Source of the DNA: Promethearchaeota archaeon
GTDB taxonomy: Archaea; Asgardarchaeota; Lokiarchaeia; Sigyniarchaeales; SOKP01
Direction of reading: 5' to 3'
Length of the DNA: 56,179 nucleotides
Assembly (NCBI GenBank): GCA_048938025.1
Contig: JBHLMP010000023.1
Location: forward strand, 1-56,179
Both the position numbers and the translations under genes were made by a program. Positions 9,833 to 20,769 of this stretch are shown piece after piece. The notes beneath the pieces are model-generated. The model was given only the letters and a program-made list of their open reading frames with translations. It was not told where the DNA came from and searched no databases. Numbering within the stretch: position 1 is the first letter of the stretch; each line of letters starts with the position of its first letter.

Positions 9833-10140
9833 ACTTTTTCAATCATTGGTTTTGTAGTAGTATAACTAATTGAAAAATGATAGTTTTAAAATATAAATAA
9901 TTAGGAGCCCATTTTTCTTTTTCAATAGTAAAAACTAATTATCGATTTCATGAAATTCATATAAAACCTGATTTTTTCTGCTTTTACCTACTTAAGATTT
10001 ATCAAAACTTTTAATTAGTATTATTGTTGAAATCTCAAATAATCTTAATTAATCTCAAATAATCTCATTCTTATGGTTCTCCAATTATTCCTTAAAAAAA
10101 TAAAATTTTATATATGTATTTATAGTTATAAGAGGTTTAT

Positions 10141-10326
10141 TTCTTCTTTTTTATATTCCAATGATTGACTCTGGTATAATGTTTTATTAGCACTTAATTC
10201 AACTGTCTTCTGTTCAGTTCCTAAAGTGCTGCAATCTATCAAAATTTAATAATATCCCGAAGTTCCATTATTAGTATTGACTATCTGCGTTCCACCTCCA
10301 TCTATTTCATAATAAATAGTAGAACG
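10141..10326 (-). pseudogene. Fragment of a beta-rich (Ig-like) surface protein gene with an internal stop
   Basis: Manual translation RSTIYYEIDGGGTQIVNTNNGTSGYY*ILIDCSTLGTEQKTVELSANKTLYQSQSLEY; no start codon. Confidence 0.5.
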
Positions 10327-10437
10327 GATAAAAAAAAAGAAATAAAAAAAGCTTAAAAGTTTCAAATACTCTTAAGATATAAAAATCTATTGATTAATTG
10401 AGTATAATTTACATATTAGTTAATTATTAGTTAATGA

Positions 10438-10872
10438 TTGAGATTGAAAAGTATTGAAGCAAAAGTAAGTCGAGTAATAGTTGGAAAAGTTGAACCTGAT
10501 GAGGATCTTATTGATGTCATCACTAAACTAGTAAAAAAATATGATGTTAAAGCTGGTTTTTTAAATTGCATCGGTGCCTTCAAAAAATTCACTATTGGAT
10601 ACTTTGATCTTAATAAAAAAGAATATAAATTGGATACTTTTGATGAAAATGTTGAATTAGTCTCGTGTCTTGGAAATGTTGCATATAGAAATGGGGAACC
10701 AATAATCCATGCTCATGTCTCTGTTGGAAGACCTGATTTTAGTATAATTGGAGGACACCTTGCTCAACCAAGCATTATTTCTGTAACAGGTGAAATTTAT
10801 ATCCTAGAGATTGATCAAAAAATAACCCGTTCATTGGACCCTCAATTTAATTTATTGCTATTGAATATTTAA
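10438..10872 (+). CDS. PPC domain (DUF296) putative DNA-binding protein
   Basis: ELVSCLGNV, HAHVSVG, IIGGHL, VTGEI motifs. Confidence 0.9.
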   Translation: MRLKSIEAKVSRVIVGKVEPDEDLIDVITKLVKKYDVKAGFLNCIGAFKKFTIGYFDLNKKEYKLDTFDENVELVSCLGNVAYRNGEPIIHAHVSVGRPDFSIIGGHLAQPSIISVTGEIYILEIDQKITRSLDPQFNLLLLNI

Positions 10873-10896
10873 ATAAGAAATTATCTCATCAGAAAA

Positions 10897-11478
10897 ATGC
10901 CGGATAATTCAGATATTATTGGTGAATATAGAGGTATTGTAAAAAATAGAGTAGTCACTGCCTTATTACAGTCCTATTTAGATAATCTTGACTATGATGG
11001 AATGAAATCTATCCTAAAAGAAGCAGGTTTGATACATCTGAAGGATATGAGAGATGTCGATCCTAACGGTACAATCGATTTCTTTTCTTTTAAAAAAATT
11101 ATTGCTGCTCAAAATTGTCTATTATTTGATTCTAACAAATTACTTTTTGAAATTGGAAAGAAATTTTCATTTTATTTATTTCCATTCGGAAAAAATTTTG
11201 ATGAGATAATAAGTGAAATAAATGAATTAATCTTAACAGATTGGAAGGTTGAAATTATAGAAAAATCTAATAATTTGTTTCTAGTTAAAGTCGAAAAATG
11301 TATTTTTTGTTCTGAAATTGGTGTATCATGTGATTTATTTAAAGGATTTATTATTCATTCTTTAGAAAAGACATTAACAACCGATTATCGAATAATTTAC
11401 TATGGAAAAAGCGAAAATGTAAATGATCCTCAACATAATAATTTTGTTTTAAAATTAAAAATTGAAAAAAAGTATTAA
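10897..11478 (+). CDS. V4R-domain (Bet3/TRAPP-related fold) protein
   Basis: LFEIGKKF, VKVEKCIFC...CDLFKGFIIHSLE pattern of V4R domains; directly upstream of a GTPase. Confidence 0.6.
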   Translation: MPDNSDIIGEYRGIVKNRVVTALLQSYLDNLDYDGMKSILKEAGLIHLKDMRDVDPNGTIDFFSFKKIIAAQNCLLFDSNKLLFEIGKKFSFYLFPFGKNFDEIISEINELILTDWKVEIIEKSNNLFLVKVEKCIFCSEIGVSCDLFKGFIIHSLEKTLTTDYRIIYYGKSENVNDPQHNNFVLKLKIEKKY

Positions 11479-11510
11479 ATAAAGTTATAACTAAATATAT
11501 AAATTGCAAG

Positions 11511-12077
11511 ATGACAACTGAAGAAGTTAAAGAAAGTTTCATAAAAGAATACGTATTTAAGATTGTTTTACTTGGAGATGCTGCTGTGGGGAAAACAAGC
11601 CTTATTACGCAATATTGTGAAGGTTTCTTTGAAGAAGATTACAAACCGACGTTAGGTGCTAATATAATTCGTAAAGACGTGAATTTAGAAAATGTGAACA
11701 CGAAAGTTAGATTAATAGTGTGGGATTTAGCTGGACAAGAAAAATACAGTGTGATAAGGAGTATGTATTTTCAAGGATGTGTTGGTGCATTTTTAGTTTA
11801 TGATATTACGCGATATCATACATTTGATAGCATTAATTCAAAATGGTTAAAAGATTTCAAAAGATATGTAAAAAAAGAAGGGGCTTATATTTTAATTGGT
11901 AATAAGAGTGATTTAAAAGATCAGAGGGTTGTACCCAATGAAAAAGGCAAACAATTATCAGATGAAATTAAAGCAAGTAATTTTATTGAGACAAGTGCAA
12001 AGCTTGGAGAAAATATTGAAGAAGCATTCTCACTTTTAGTATATCAAATTTTGAAGAATCATGGCATAAATGTCTAA
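11511..12077 (+). CDS. Rab-like small GTPase
   Basis: GDAAVGKT, PTLG, WDLAGQE, NKSD, ETSAK. Confidence 0.95.
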   Translation: MTTEEVKESFIKEYVFKIVLLGDAAVGKTSLITQYCEGFFEEDYKPTLGANIIRKDVNLENVNTKVRLIVWDLAGQEKYSVIRSMYFQGCVGAFLVYDITRYHTFDSINSKWLKDFKRYVKKEGAYILIGNKSDLKDQRVVPNEKGKQLSDEIKASNFIETSAKLGENIEEAFSLLVYQILKNHGINV

Positions 12078-12168
12078 AGAACTCCAATAGTTCAGTCTTA
12101 TTTTCTTATTATTAAGCATTCTTATAAAAAACGAACTATTTAAAAAAGATTAAATAAGTGAATAAATT

Positions 12169-13320
12169 ATGAAAGAACTATCCCAAAATCTATCTAAGGC
12201 TCCAAAATCTAAGATAAGAGAATTATTTGATATAGCATTAGGAAAATCGGATGTGATAAGCCTTGGAATTGGTCAACCTGATTTTCCAACTCCAGAGCCA
12301 GCAATTCGAGGAACAATTGAAGCTTTAAGAAAAGGAGTTACCTCCTATGCGCCAACGAGAGGCCTTCCTGAATTATTAGAATTAATTGAAAACAAATTAA
12401 AAAAATTTAATAATATAGAAACTAATTGGAAAGAAAATATCATAATCACTAATGGTGGGAGCCAAGCTCTATGCCTTGCATATGCCTCACTATTTAATCC
12501 TGGAGATGAGTTAATTTTGTTTTCTCCGAACTTCCTTTCATATTTTTATATTGCATCGTTTTTTGGTGTAAGAGTAGTAGAAATTCAAAGAAATCCCGAT
12601 TTTAGCCCAAATTTAGAAAAATTGAAAAAGGCAATTACAGATAAAACTAAAGCAATTATCATCAATTCACCCAATAATCCCACAGGATATGCATTTAGTT
12701 CGAAAGAACTTAATGAAATTGTTGATATAGTTAAATATAATGACTTATTTATAATATCAGATGAAGTTTATGAAAATTATCTATATGATGGTTTGAATCA
12801 TTTAAGTCCTGCATCTTTTGACGGGATGTTTGATCGTACCATTACTATTAACGCTATGTCAAAATTATTTTCTGCCACTGGATTTAGGCAAGGTTATGTT
12901 GTAGCTTCAAAAGAAATAATCGACTTGATGGAGAAATTCCATCAATATACTGTTGCTGGTACGAATCACGCTGCTCAATACGGTTTTATAGAAGCTTTAA
13001 AGATGGATATAAAATTTTTTGAGAAAATCTTAAAAAGTTTTGATGAAAGGCGAAATCTTGTTTATGGTAGATTAAGAGAAATGGGATTTGATGTGGTTAA
13101 ACCTCGTGGAGCATTTTACATAATGCCTTCCTTAAAAAAGTTTAATATGACGGGTTCAGAATTTTCAACTGAAATCATGAAAAAGAAAAGTGTTGCGATT
13201 GTACCAGGCGAGATCTTTGGGTCTTTCTCAAAAGATATGGTAAGAGTATCTTATGCGACTGCTATAGATAAAATTAAAGAAGCTCTGAATAGAATTGAAG
13301 AATTCATTAAAGAGTTATAA
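12169..13320 (+). CDS. PLP-dependent class I/II (aspartate-type) aminotransferase
   Basis: GIGQPDF, NSPNNPTG, ISDEVY, MSKLFSATGFRQG. Confidence 0.92.
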   Translation: MKELSQNLSKAPKSKIRELFDIALGKSDVISLGIGQPDFPTPEPAIRGTIEALRKGVTSYAPTRGLPELLELIENKLKKFNNIETNWKENIIITNGGSQALCLAYASLFNPGDELILFSPNFLSYFYIASFFGVRVVEIQRNPDFSPNLEKLKKAITDKTKAIIINSPNNPTGYAFSSKELNEIVDIVKYNDLFIISDEVYENYLYDGLNHLSPASFDGMFDRTITINAMSKLFSATGFRQGYVVASKEIIDLMEKFHQYTVAGTNHAAQYGFIEALKMDIKFFEKILKSFDERRNLVYGRLREMGFDVVKPRGAFYIMPSLKKFNMTGSEFSTEIMKKKSVAIVPGEIFGSFSKDMVRVSYATAIDKIKEALNRIEEFIKEL

Positions 13321-13409
13321 TATTAGTCCTTTTAATAATTAATTTTTCATTATACTTTTCTTATATTTTTTATTATAACTTAATTAATAAAAAAACCAGA
13401 TCGTTATAT

Positions 13410-13850
13410 ATGATTGAATACATTCCTATTGATTTAAAAATTCATAATTCTCTATTAATTGATTTAAATGATGAATATTTATCTTGGATTGCCGTTGAAA
13501 TTAAGAAACATTATGATTTAGATTTGATTTCCCTATTGGGACACCCAATTTGAGATTACGCAGAGAATAGTGTTAAGGAACTTACTTCTTATAAGCCACC
13601 TGATGGTATATTCTATATATTACAAATTAAAGATAAGATAATAGGGATGGGTGCTTTTAGAAAACTAAAAGATAATATTGGAGAAATAAAAAGAATGTAT
13701 ATTAGACAAGATTTTCGAGAGAATGGATTTGGAAAAGCACTACTGAAACAGCTTTTAAACATGGGGAAGCAATTCGGATGTTCAAGAATCCTACTTGATA
13801 CAGGTCTATTTATGTCAGCTGCACAACATGTTTGTTCCAATCTATTTTAA
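13410..13850 (+). pseudogene. GNAT acetyltransferase pseudogene
   Basis: ATG 13410, in-frame TGA at 13551, frame continues to GEIKRMYI...RENGFGKALL...LDTGLFMSAAQH, then ends without the usual Y-x3-GF motif. Confidence 0.75.
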
Positions 13851-13982
13851 TTTCACTCAATTTAAATTTTCTTTAATTATTTGAATAATGACAATTAAGT
13901 AATGTTTTTAATAAAATTATACAAAATTAATAAGAAATCTAATGATAAAAAACAAATAAAAAGCTAAATAATGAAATTTTAG

Positions 13983-16262
13983 TTATCGATATAAATCGCT
14001 TTTAGATTCTGTTATATTTCGAGATGTTGTTATTTGCTTTGCCATAGTCTCATATCTCTCTATTACTTCTTTGGGTAGTGTAGATCTAATTTTCGATAGT
14101 GCAAAATCAAAATATTTCTGTTTTATTTCTTTTAAATTATTTAATTCTTCTCTAATTGCTTGCATTCCTGCTTCACGACATACATTTTCTAAATCTGCCC
14201 CACTATAACCTTCAGTAATTTGGGCGATTCTCTCTAAAGAAATATCTTTTCCTAATGGCATATTTTTGGTATGGACATTTAAGATTTTTAATCTTGCTTC
14301 ATAATCAGGAGACTCTACATATATTAAACGATCAAATCGTCCTGGTCTTAGAAATGCAGGATCTACGATGTCTGGACGATTAGTGCTAGCAATGACTACG
14401 ATTCCTTTTCGATTTTCCACACCATCCATTTCTACCAGGATTTGATTTACAATTGAAGCAAATGTATGAGTTCCTTCAAAATTTCCTCTACCAGAAGTTA
14501 TCGCATCAATTTCATCAAAATATATAATTGAAGGAGCTGCTTGACGCGCTTTTCTAAATATCTCTCTAACAGCTCTCTCGCTTTCTCCAACCCATTTAGA
14601 ATAGATCTCAGGTCCTTTTATTGAGATAAAATTTGACTTACTTTCAGTTGCAACTGCTTTAGCTAATAGTGTTTTTCCACATCCAGGTGGTCCAAATAAA
14701 AGGATTCCATTTAAAGGGCGTATTCCTGCTCTTTCAAACAATTTTGGATATTTCAATGGCCATTCTACTGCTTCTCTTAACTCTTGTTTAATATCTTCTA
14801 AACCACCTACATCTTCCCAAGCTATATTAGGGATCTCAACCATAACTTCTCGCATGGCTGATGGTTCTATCATATTAATTGCTTTTACAAAATCTGCATC
14901 CTTAATTTTCAATTCTTGAATAATTTCACTTGGAATTGGTTCATCCAAATTAATTTTTGGTAAGATTCTCCTTAAAGAAAACATTGCAGCTTCTCTACAT
15001 ACTGCCATTATATCAGCACCAACAAATCCGTGAGTTATTTCAGCATAGTTATCGAGATTAACATCAACAAGGAGTGGCATTCCTCTTGTATGTATTTGAA
15101 AGATTTCTTTCCTACCTTTTACATTAGGAACTCCAAATTCAATTTCTCTATCAAACCGTCCTGGTCTTCTCAATGCCTCATCAATAGAGTTGATTCTATT
15201 TGAAGCACCAACACAAATTACTTCACCTCTTCCTTGTAAGCCATCCATTAAAGAAAGTAATTGGGAAACAACACGTCTTTCTACTTCTCCGGAAGTATCT
15301 ACTCTTTTTGGAGCAATTGAATCAATTTCATCTATAAAAATAATAGAAGGTGCATTATCTTCCGCTTCTCTAAACTTTTCTCTAAGGCGCCCTTCACTTG
15401 CCCCATAAAATTTGCTCATAATTTCTGGACCATTAATCGTGATAAAATAAGCATTAGATTCTTGAGAAACTGCTTTTGCCATTAATGTTTTTCCTGTCCC
15501 AGATGGACCATAAAATAAAACACCTTTAGGAGGGTCAATATTTAATCGATGAAAGAGTTCAGGATGTTTCAAAGGTAATTCAACCATTTCTCTTATTCTC
15601 TGAATTTCATCAGTTAATCCTCCAACATCATCATAAGTCACCACTCCACCTGATACATTTAAAACAGCGACTCTCTTATTAACCTTTATTAAAGTATCAC
15701 GCGTGATTTTTACAACTTTATCTGACGGTTTTAAATTTTCAACGATCAATCTTAATGTTCCTAAGGTTGTTCTTCTTTTGCTGCCCCATGGAAGCATCTT
15801 CATAATATCATTCATTGGGTTATCAGAATCGTCTTTTTGAACAAAAGTTCCTAAAACATCAACAATATCACCAATAACTACCGGTTTATCAATAAGTTTA
15901 CCTTTAATTGCTTCTGCTTGCCTTTTTAAATCAATATTTTGTCTAGTAGGGGTTAGAACAATCTCAATGGCTGGATACACTTCTGCATGTTGAACGGATA
16001 CAAATTCTCCAATTGTAGCACCTGCGTTTAGTCTTTGAAGCCCATCTAATCTAATGATATTTTTTCCCCTATCGGTAGCACTCGCAACAGCAATACCTGT
16101 AGTTTTCTTTTTCCCTCTTATCTCAATTATATCACCAGTATTTAATGCTAATTCGCTCATTATTTGTTGGTCAATATAGCATAAAGAACGTCCACTTCTG
16201 CTTTTTTCCAATCGCTCAATTCTCAATTTAGCAATTCTGTTATTATTATTTTCTTGTCTCAT
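13983..16262 (-). CDS. cdc48: CDC48/VCP/p97 family AAA+ ATPase
   Basis: N-domain plus two AAA modules ([27 protein letters not shown]). ATG at 16262 preferred over TTG at 16310. Confidence 0.95.
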   Translation of the reverse strand: MRQENNNNRIAKLRIERLEKSRSGRSLCYIDQQIMSELALNTGDIIEIRGKKKTTGIAVASATDRGKNIIRLDGLQRLNAGATIGEFVSVQHAEVYPAIEIVLTPTRQNIDLKRQAEAIKGKLIDKPVVIGDIVDVLGTFVQKDDSDNPMNDIMKMLPWGSKRRTTLGTLRLIVENLKPSDKVVKITRDTLIKVNKRVAVLNVSGGVVTYDDVGGLTDEIQRIREMVELPLKHPELFHRLNIDPPKGVLFYGPSGTGKTLMAKAVSQESNAYFITINGPEIMSKFYGASEGRLREKFREAEDNAPSIIFIDEIDSIAPKRVDTSGEVERRVVSQLLSLMDGLQGRGEVICVGASNRINSIDEALRRPGRFDREIEFGVPNVKGRKEIFQIHTRGMPLLVDVNLDNYAEITHGFVGADIMAVCREAAMFSLRRILPKINLDEPIPSEIIQELKIKDADFVKAINMIEPSAMREVMVEIPNIAWEDVGGLEDIKQELREAVEWPLKYPKLFERAGIRPLNGILLFGPPGCGKTLLAKAVATESKSNFISIKGPEIYSKWVGESERAVREIFRKARQAAPSIIYFDEIDAITSGRGNFEGTHTFASIVNQILVEMDGVENRKGIVVIASTNRPDIVDPAFLRPGRFDRLIYVESPDYEARLKILNVHTKNMPLGKDISLERIAQITEGYSGADLENVCREAGMQAIREELNNLKEIKQKYFDFALSKIRSTLPKEVIERYETMAKQITTSRNITESKSDLYR

Positions 16263-16377
16263 AATTTCAAGTAATATCTTAATTATAGAAATAAAAATAT
16301 CTTTTTTCAAGTTATTAAAGTAATTATGGTTTATTTTCTTTTTCTTTATTTTTAATAAAAATCAAGTAAACCAGTTC

Positions 16378-17190
16378 TTATAATATTTTGATGTTTAAGG
16401 ATTCCTCTAAAAATGTCTGAAATGAATTTTGAATTTCTGATTCGCTTAAAAATTCATTCCTATTGATTCTTAAAAATTCCTTTCTTAATTTAATAATTTT
16501 ATTTTTTAGAGGAATATAATTGGAATTTAGTAACAGTATTCCTACATAATTTCGAGTGATTTTATCCAATTTTTCTTTATAAAGATTGGAATCATGATTA
16601 AATTCTGCTTCTCTTTCAGATATTCTACTAGACTGTTTTACATTTAAATTTAAGCGATTAGCAAAATCTATAAGGCTGTCATTTAAATTTAGTGTTTGAT
16701 TCATATTATATACAGCATATGGCGTATCCCATTTATATTTATTAAAATCATCGAATTTTTTACTAATTCTCTTAATTATTTTGTTTGGAATAGGGTTTCC
16801 TCTCTTTTCATTCCACTTTAGGCAAACTTCAAGTGGAGTAGATATGTGAATTATAAAAAAATTGAGATCAAACTCATCTGCGATTTTTTTTAAATCATGT
16901 CTCATGCTCGAATAATAATTTAAATCATCACTAATAACTATAGATCCTTTTGCTAATTCTCTTTTTATTATCTGAAGATTCTTTTCTTTAACTAAGTGTT
17001 CTTTTTTATAATCAAATTTGTTCTGGGTTATTGTTAACCTTATCTTATCTGGATCAATAATTTTAACCTTAAAATTAGTAAATTTCTTTTCAAGAATCTT
17101 CCTTAATTCATTAGCAAAAATAGATTTTCCCGAAGCTGGTAATCCAGCCAAGCAGATTAAAAAGTTTTGCTCGTTTGCCAAAATTTTCAA
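16378..17190 (-). CDS. pstK: O-phosphoseryl-tRNA(Sec) kinase (PSTK)/KTI12-family P-loop kinase
   Basis: GLPASGKS, DDLNYYSSMR, CLKWNEKR, KWDTP. Confidence 0.75.
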   Translation of the reverse strand: MKILANEQNFLICLAGLPASGKSIFANELRKILEKKFTNFKVKIIDPDKIRLTITQNKFDYKKEHLVKEKNLQIIKRELAKGSIVISDDLNYYSSMRHDLKKIADEFDLNFFIIHISTPLEVCLKWNEKRGNPIPNKIIKRISKKFDDFNKYKWDTPYAVYNMNQTLNLNDSLIDFANRLNLNVKQSSRISEREAEFNHDSNLYKEKLDKITRNYVGILLLNSNYIPLKNKIIKLRKEFLRINRNEFLSESEIQNSFQTFLEESLNIKIL

Positions 17191-17484
17191 CTAAACCAAA
17201 TTAATATTGATAGTACTAATTAATTCCTTTTTCTTTTCTCTAGATAATGACTTAATTTCTATTTCCCTTCTCATTGCTTCTTTTCTATTGGTAAATGTTT
17301 CAAAATATTTTAATTCAATTTGATTTTTCCCTCGACAAAATTTAGCTCCTGTTCCATTTTTATGTTCTGATAATCTTCTATAAAGATTATTTGTATAACC
17401 GGTATAGAATCTTTTCTTTTTATTTTTTCCAACGGTCTCCAGAATATACACATAATAAACAGGCATATTTATTATATAACACAT
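17191..17484 (-). CDS. GIY-YIG nuclease family protein
   Basis: YYVYIL...FYTGYT...RRLSEH...GAKF...EAMRRE. Start may be the ATG at 17466. Confidence 0.9.
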   Translation of the reverse strand: MCYIINMPVYYVYILETVGKNKKKRFYTGYTNNLYRRLSEHKNGTGAKFCRGKNQIELKYFETFTNRKEAMRREIEIKSLSREKKKELISTININLV

Positions 17485-17638
17485 TGGTTTTGTTATATTT
17501 ATTTTTTTAGTTCAATATCATTGGTTTGCGGTCAAATATAAATATTAGGATATCATATTTGCTTAATTAAATAAATGAAAATTTAAATTATTATAGTAGA
17601 AGAATGTGTTTTAAAATTAAAGACTAGGTTGCTAATAG

Positions 17639-18274
17639 ATGCCTACAGGGATCTGCTTAATTAAATGGGATGAGGTTGAAGGTGGCACTGTTAATATGAA
17701 ATATCCAGAAGACCTAGAAATTCCAATTTCTATTGTCCAACAATTACAAATTTCGCATAATTTTACAGAATCTTATATTATCACTGAAGAAAGAGGGTGG
17801 AATTCAGTTTCATATTATAATGAAAACAAAGAAATGATAATTGTTTTAGTTTTAACTAGATATGATGATGGTAACGACTATCTAGAACTCCTTGAAGAAT
17901 TTAACAAAGAGCTTGATAAAGAAACGAAAGGAGAAAATTTAAAGAAGAGATTAGAAAGTATGTTTCATATAAGTTTAGATGTCTTTCGAACTACTGAGGA
18001 AGTTATCACTAAACTAAGCAATGAAGTTGCATATCTTAAAACAAGAGAATATGATTTTGATGTGAAATTTAATAAAATCACAAATTCTAATCAATTAAAT
18101 GTTAAAAGTAAAATTTTGTTTCTTTTAGCTATAAATGAAGAATTAAGTTTAAATGAATTGAAAAAAAACATTCATACGAGTAACAAGTGGTTTATGAGTG
18201 TTATTGAAACTCTGCTTAAAAATAAAGTTATAGGATACAACCCAAATAAGGATACCTACTACTTAGAATTATAA
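17639..18274 (+). CDS. uDENN/longin-like N-terminal domain plus C-terminal winged-helix protein
   Basis: GICLIKWDEVEGGTVNMKYP start; C-terminal KILFLL...LSLNELKK...IETLLKNKVIGY...YYL. Confidence 0.55.
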   Translation: MPTGICLIKWDEVEGGTVNMKYPEDLEIPISIVQQLQISHNFTESYIITEERGWNSVSYYNENKEMIIVLVLTRYDDGNDYLELLEEFNKELDKETKGENLKKRLESMFHISLDVFRTTEEVITKLSNEVAYLKTREYDFDVKFNKITNSNQLNVKSKILFLLAINEELSLNELKKNIHTSNKWFMSVIETLLKNKVIGYNPNKDTYYLEL

Positions 18275-18320
18275 TTGAATTAATAAAATTAAAAAAATTA
18301 AATATTTATTTTCTTTTTAT

Positions 18321-18593
18321 ATGAAAAGAATTAAAATTAAAGTATATGGGCTTGTTCAAGGCGTTTTTTTTCGATATACCACTCGAAAAGTTGCTCGGAA
18401 ATTAGGTTTAACTGGATATGTTAAAAACATGCCCGATGGGGGTGTACTTATTGAAGCAGAAGGTCCTGAAAATGGGTTATTTGAACTATTAGAATTTTCA
18501 AAGAAAGGACCCAAATATGCTCAGGTTGAAAAAGTCGAATATGAATTGAAAGAGTCTAAAAATGAATTTAAAGAATTTGAATATGCTTTTTAA
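18321..18593 (+). CDS. acyP: Acylphosphatase
   Basis: GLVQGVFFR, GYVKNMPDG, GPKYAQV. Confidence 0.95.
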   Translation: MKRIKIKVYGLVQGVFFRYTTRKVARKLGLTGYVKNMPDGGVLIEAEGPENGLFELLEFSKKGPKYAQVEKVEYELKESKNEFKEFEYAF

Positions 18594-18711
18594 TATATCT
18601 TATTCATATAATATGTGCTTTTAATTTAACAACTTAAAGTAAATTGGTAACATTTGGGATTTTTTTATTTATGATAATATCCTAATGTTACTTCTTTTCA
18701 ATAATTAATTT

Positions 18712-19065
18712 TTGAATTCATTATTTATGTCGGTTTCATTAAAAAGAGATGAATTCCTTAAATTCTTTCAATCGATTAATCATAAAAAAATTAAATATCA
18801 AGCTCCTTTAATCTTAAGAATGTATGGAGCTTTGAATAAAGTGAATTTAAGAAGAGAAAACAGATACATTTTGTGTAATTTTCTTGATCAGCATAGTGAT
18901 ATCTTAGGGATTGATGATAATATTTATGAAATTAATAACGAACAATCATTGAATCGGCTTTTTCTTTTAGCTTTTAATAAAGCTAAAGAATCCAAGTTAT
19001 TAAGAGCATTATATGATGAATATATTGACTCTATTAATGCTATTAATGAAAAGAAAGTCATCTAA
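18712..19065 (+). CDS. Hypothetical protein
   Basis: 117-aa ORF; start may be ATG 18727. Confidence 0.65.
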   Translation: MNSLFMSVSLKRDEFLKFFQSINHKKIKYQAPLILRMYGALNKVNLRRENRYILCNFLDQHSDILGIDDNIYEINNEQSLNRLFLLAFNKAKESKLLRALYDEYIDSINAINEKKVI

Positions 19066-19171
19066 ATGGAATATTTAATGTTTAAATATTCTTTGAAGGA
19101 TTATAATAATCTAAATAATAAATTTTGGATATTTCAATAAATGGATTAAAAATTTAAAAAATATAAAAGAT

Positions 19172-19873
19172 TTAGATAAAGGTTATATCTTGATATTCTG
19201 AGTCTCCTATATCTTTTTTTGCAACACCTAAATCTCGAACTTGTTGATTTAATCTTAAAACTGCTTCCCTAACAACTTCTTTTTTTTTTGCCCCTGTACA
19301 AACAATCCTACCAGTTGAAAAAATTAAAAAAACAGTTTTTGGGTCTTGCATACGATAAATTAACCCAGGAAACACCTCTGGCTCATACATTGCGTATTCC
19401 ATTACAATAGCTGCCATATTAAGATCGATATTTGTATGTAGATCGCCTGAAGCCACAATGTTTTGAATCGTTATTTCTGGATTAGCTAGTTTAATTCCAG
19501 CTTTTCTTATGTTTTTCACAACTTTATCAACAACTCGTTCAGCTTCAGATGCTTGTCTAAGCCCCGTTACTACCATTTTTCCAGTGGAGAATATTAAAAT
19601 AGTAGCACGCGGTTTCTCAATCCGCATCACAAGACCAGGAAATCGTTCTGGATTATATTCAACCTCCGCATGACGTCGTGCAATCTGGTTCAGATCAATT
19701 TTTTCTGTAATTTCAACGGTGACTGTTGCTACAACATTTTCTATTTTGTAATCTAAATTAGTTTCATAATCATACTCCCCTTCTAGCTCCTCCTCTTCCT
19801 CCTCTTCCTCTTCTAAATCCTCTTCTAAATCCTCTTCAAAATCCTCATCAATTTCATTTTCTTCTTTTGACAT
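19172..19873 (-). CDS. tbp: TATA-box-binding protein with an acidic N-terminal extension
   Basis: Two TBP repeats: IENVVAT/IQNIVAS, YNPERFPGL/YEPEVFPGL, LIFSTG. Confidence 0.97.
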   Translation of the reverse strand: MSKEENEIDEDFEEDLEEDLEEEEEEEEELEGEYDYETNLDYKIENVVATVTVEITEKIDLNQIARRHAEVEYNPERFPGLVMRIEKPRATILIFSTGKMVVTGLRQASEAERVVDKVVKNIRKAGIKLANPEITIQNIVASGDLHTNIDLNMAAIVMEYAMYEPEVFPGLIYRMQDPKTVFLIFSTGRIVCTGAKKKEVVREAVLRLNQQVRDLGVAKKDIGDSEYQDITFI

Positions 19874-20111
19874 AATAATTAGGAAAGATAAATGTGATTT
19901 AAAATTTAATAAAAAAATATATTCTTTCTTTCATGGTATTTTTTATAATTTTATTTAAATAAAGGTTTTTATTTAAATTTATTTAAAAAGACATAGTTGA
20001 TTTAAAAAAGATATGTGTTAAAATCATCAAATTTTGATATTAGCAATATCACTTTTAAAAATCTTTTTAAAAATTGAAGATATAAATAATTTTGGTGGAT
20101 TTCTAAGACTT

Positions 20112-20639
20112 TTATTGTTTTGAAATTTTCTTTAAGATTTTTGTAGTTAATTCGATAAATGATTTTTCAACATTTTTCCCTGTTTTAGCGGATGTTATAA
20201 TTATATCCATGTTATTTTTTTTTGCAAATTCATTAGCGGCTTTATCAGTAATTTTAATTTTATCTTTTAAATCTGATTTATTCCCAATTAAAATGATAGG
20301 TTCATTTTCTCTATCTTTTTTAAAGCTTTGTATCCATTCGTCAAGTTTTTCATATGATTCTTTATTTGTCATATCATATAATAACAATGCTCCATTAGCT
20401 CCCTCTAAATATAATCTTCTGAGAGATTTAAAAGACTCTTGACCTCCTAAATCCCAAATTTGAGCAGATACCTCACCATATCCTGCTATATTCATATCTT
20501 TCTTTAGAAGATTAACTCCTAAGGTTGATTTGTAATTTTCTCTAAATTTATTTTCGATCCACCTGTAAAGCAACGAAGTTTTACCTACATTAGCCTCTCC
20601 AAGAAGAACTATTTTTATTATATATGTTGGTTCGCTCAT
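20112..20639 (-). CDS. Rab-like small GTPase
   Basis: GEANVGKT, STLG, WDLGGQE, NKSD, TSAK. Confidence 0.95.
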   Translation of the reverse strand: MSEPTYIIKIVLLGEANVGKTSLLYRWIENKFRENYKSTLGVNLLKKDMNIAGYGEVSAQIWDLGGQESFKSLRRLYLEGANGALLLYDMTNKESYEKLDEWIQSFKKDRENEPIILIGNKSDLKDKIKITDKAANEFAKKNNMDIIITSAKTGKNVEKSFIELTTKILKKISKQ

Positions 20640-20769
20640 TGTTGATCAAAACTTACAGTTTTTTTTTATATTCACAATATAGTTTATACTTATTAATAAT
20701 TTTCGACTCAAGTTTCTTGTTAAATATTATAATGATTTATATTATTCGATTCTATTGAAATTTTTAAAC

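Noticed and set aside
13551-13553. In-frame TGA in the GNAT gene read as selenocysteine (PSTK is nearby)
   Set aside because: Not a catalytic Cys position, most simply CGA to TGA; the gene is also 3'-truncated and no SECIS was recognised.
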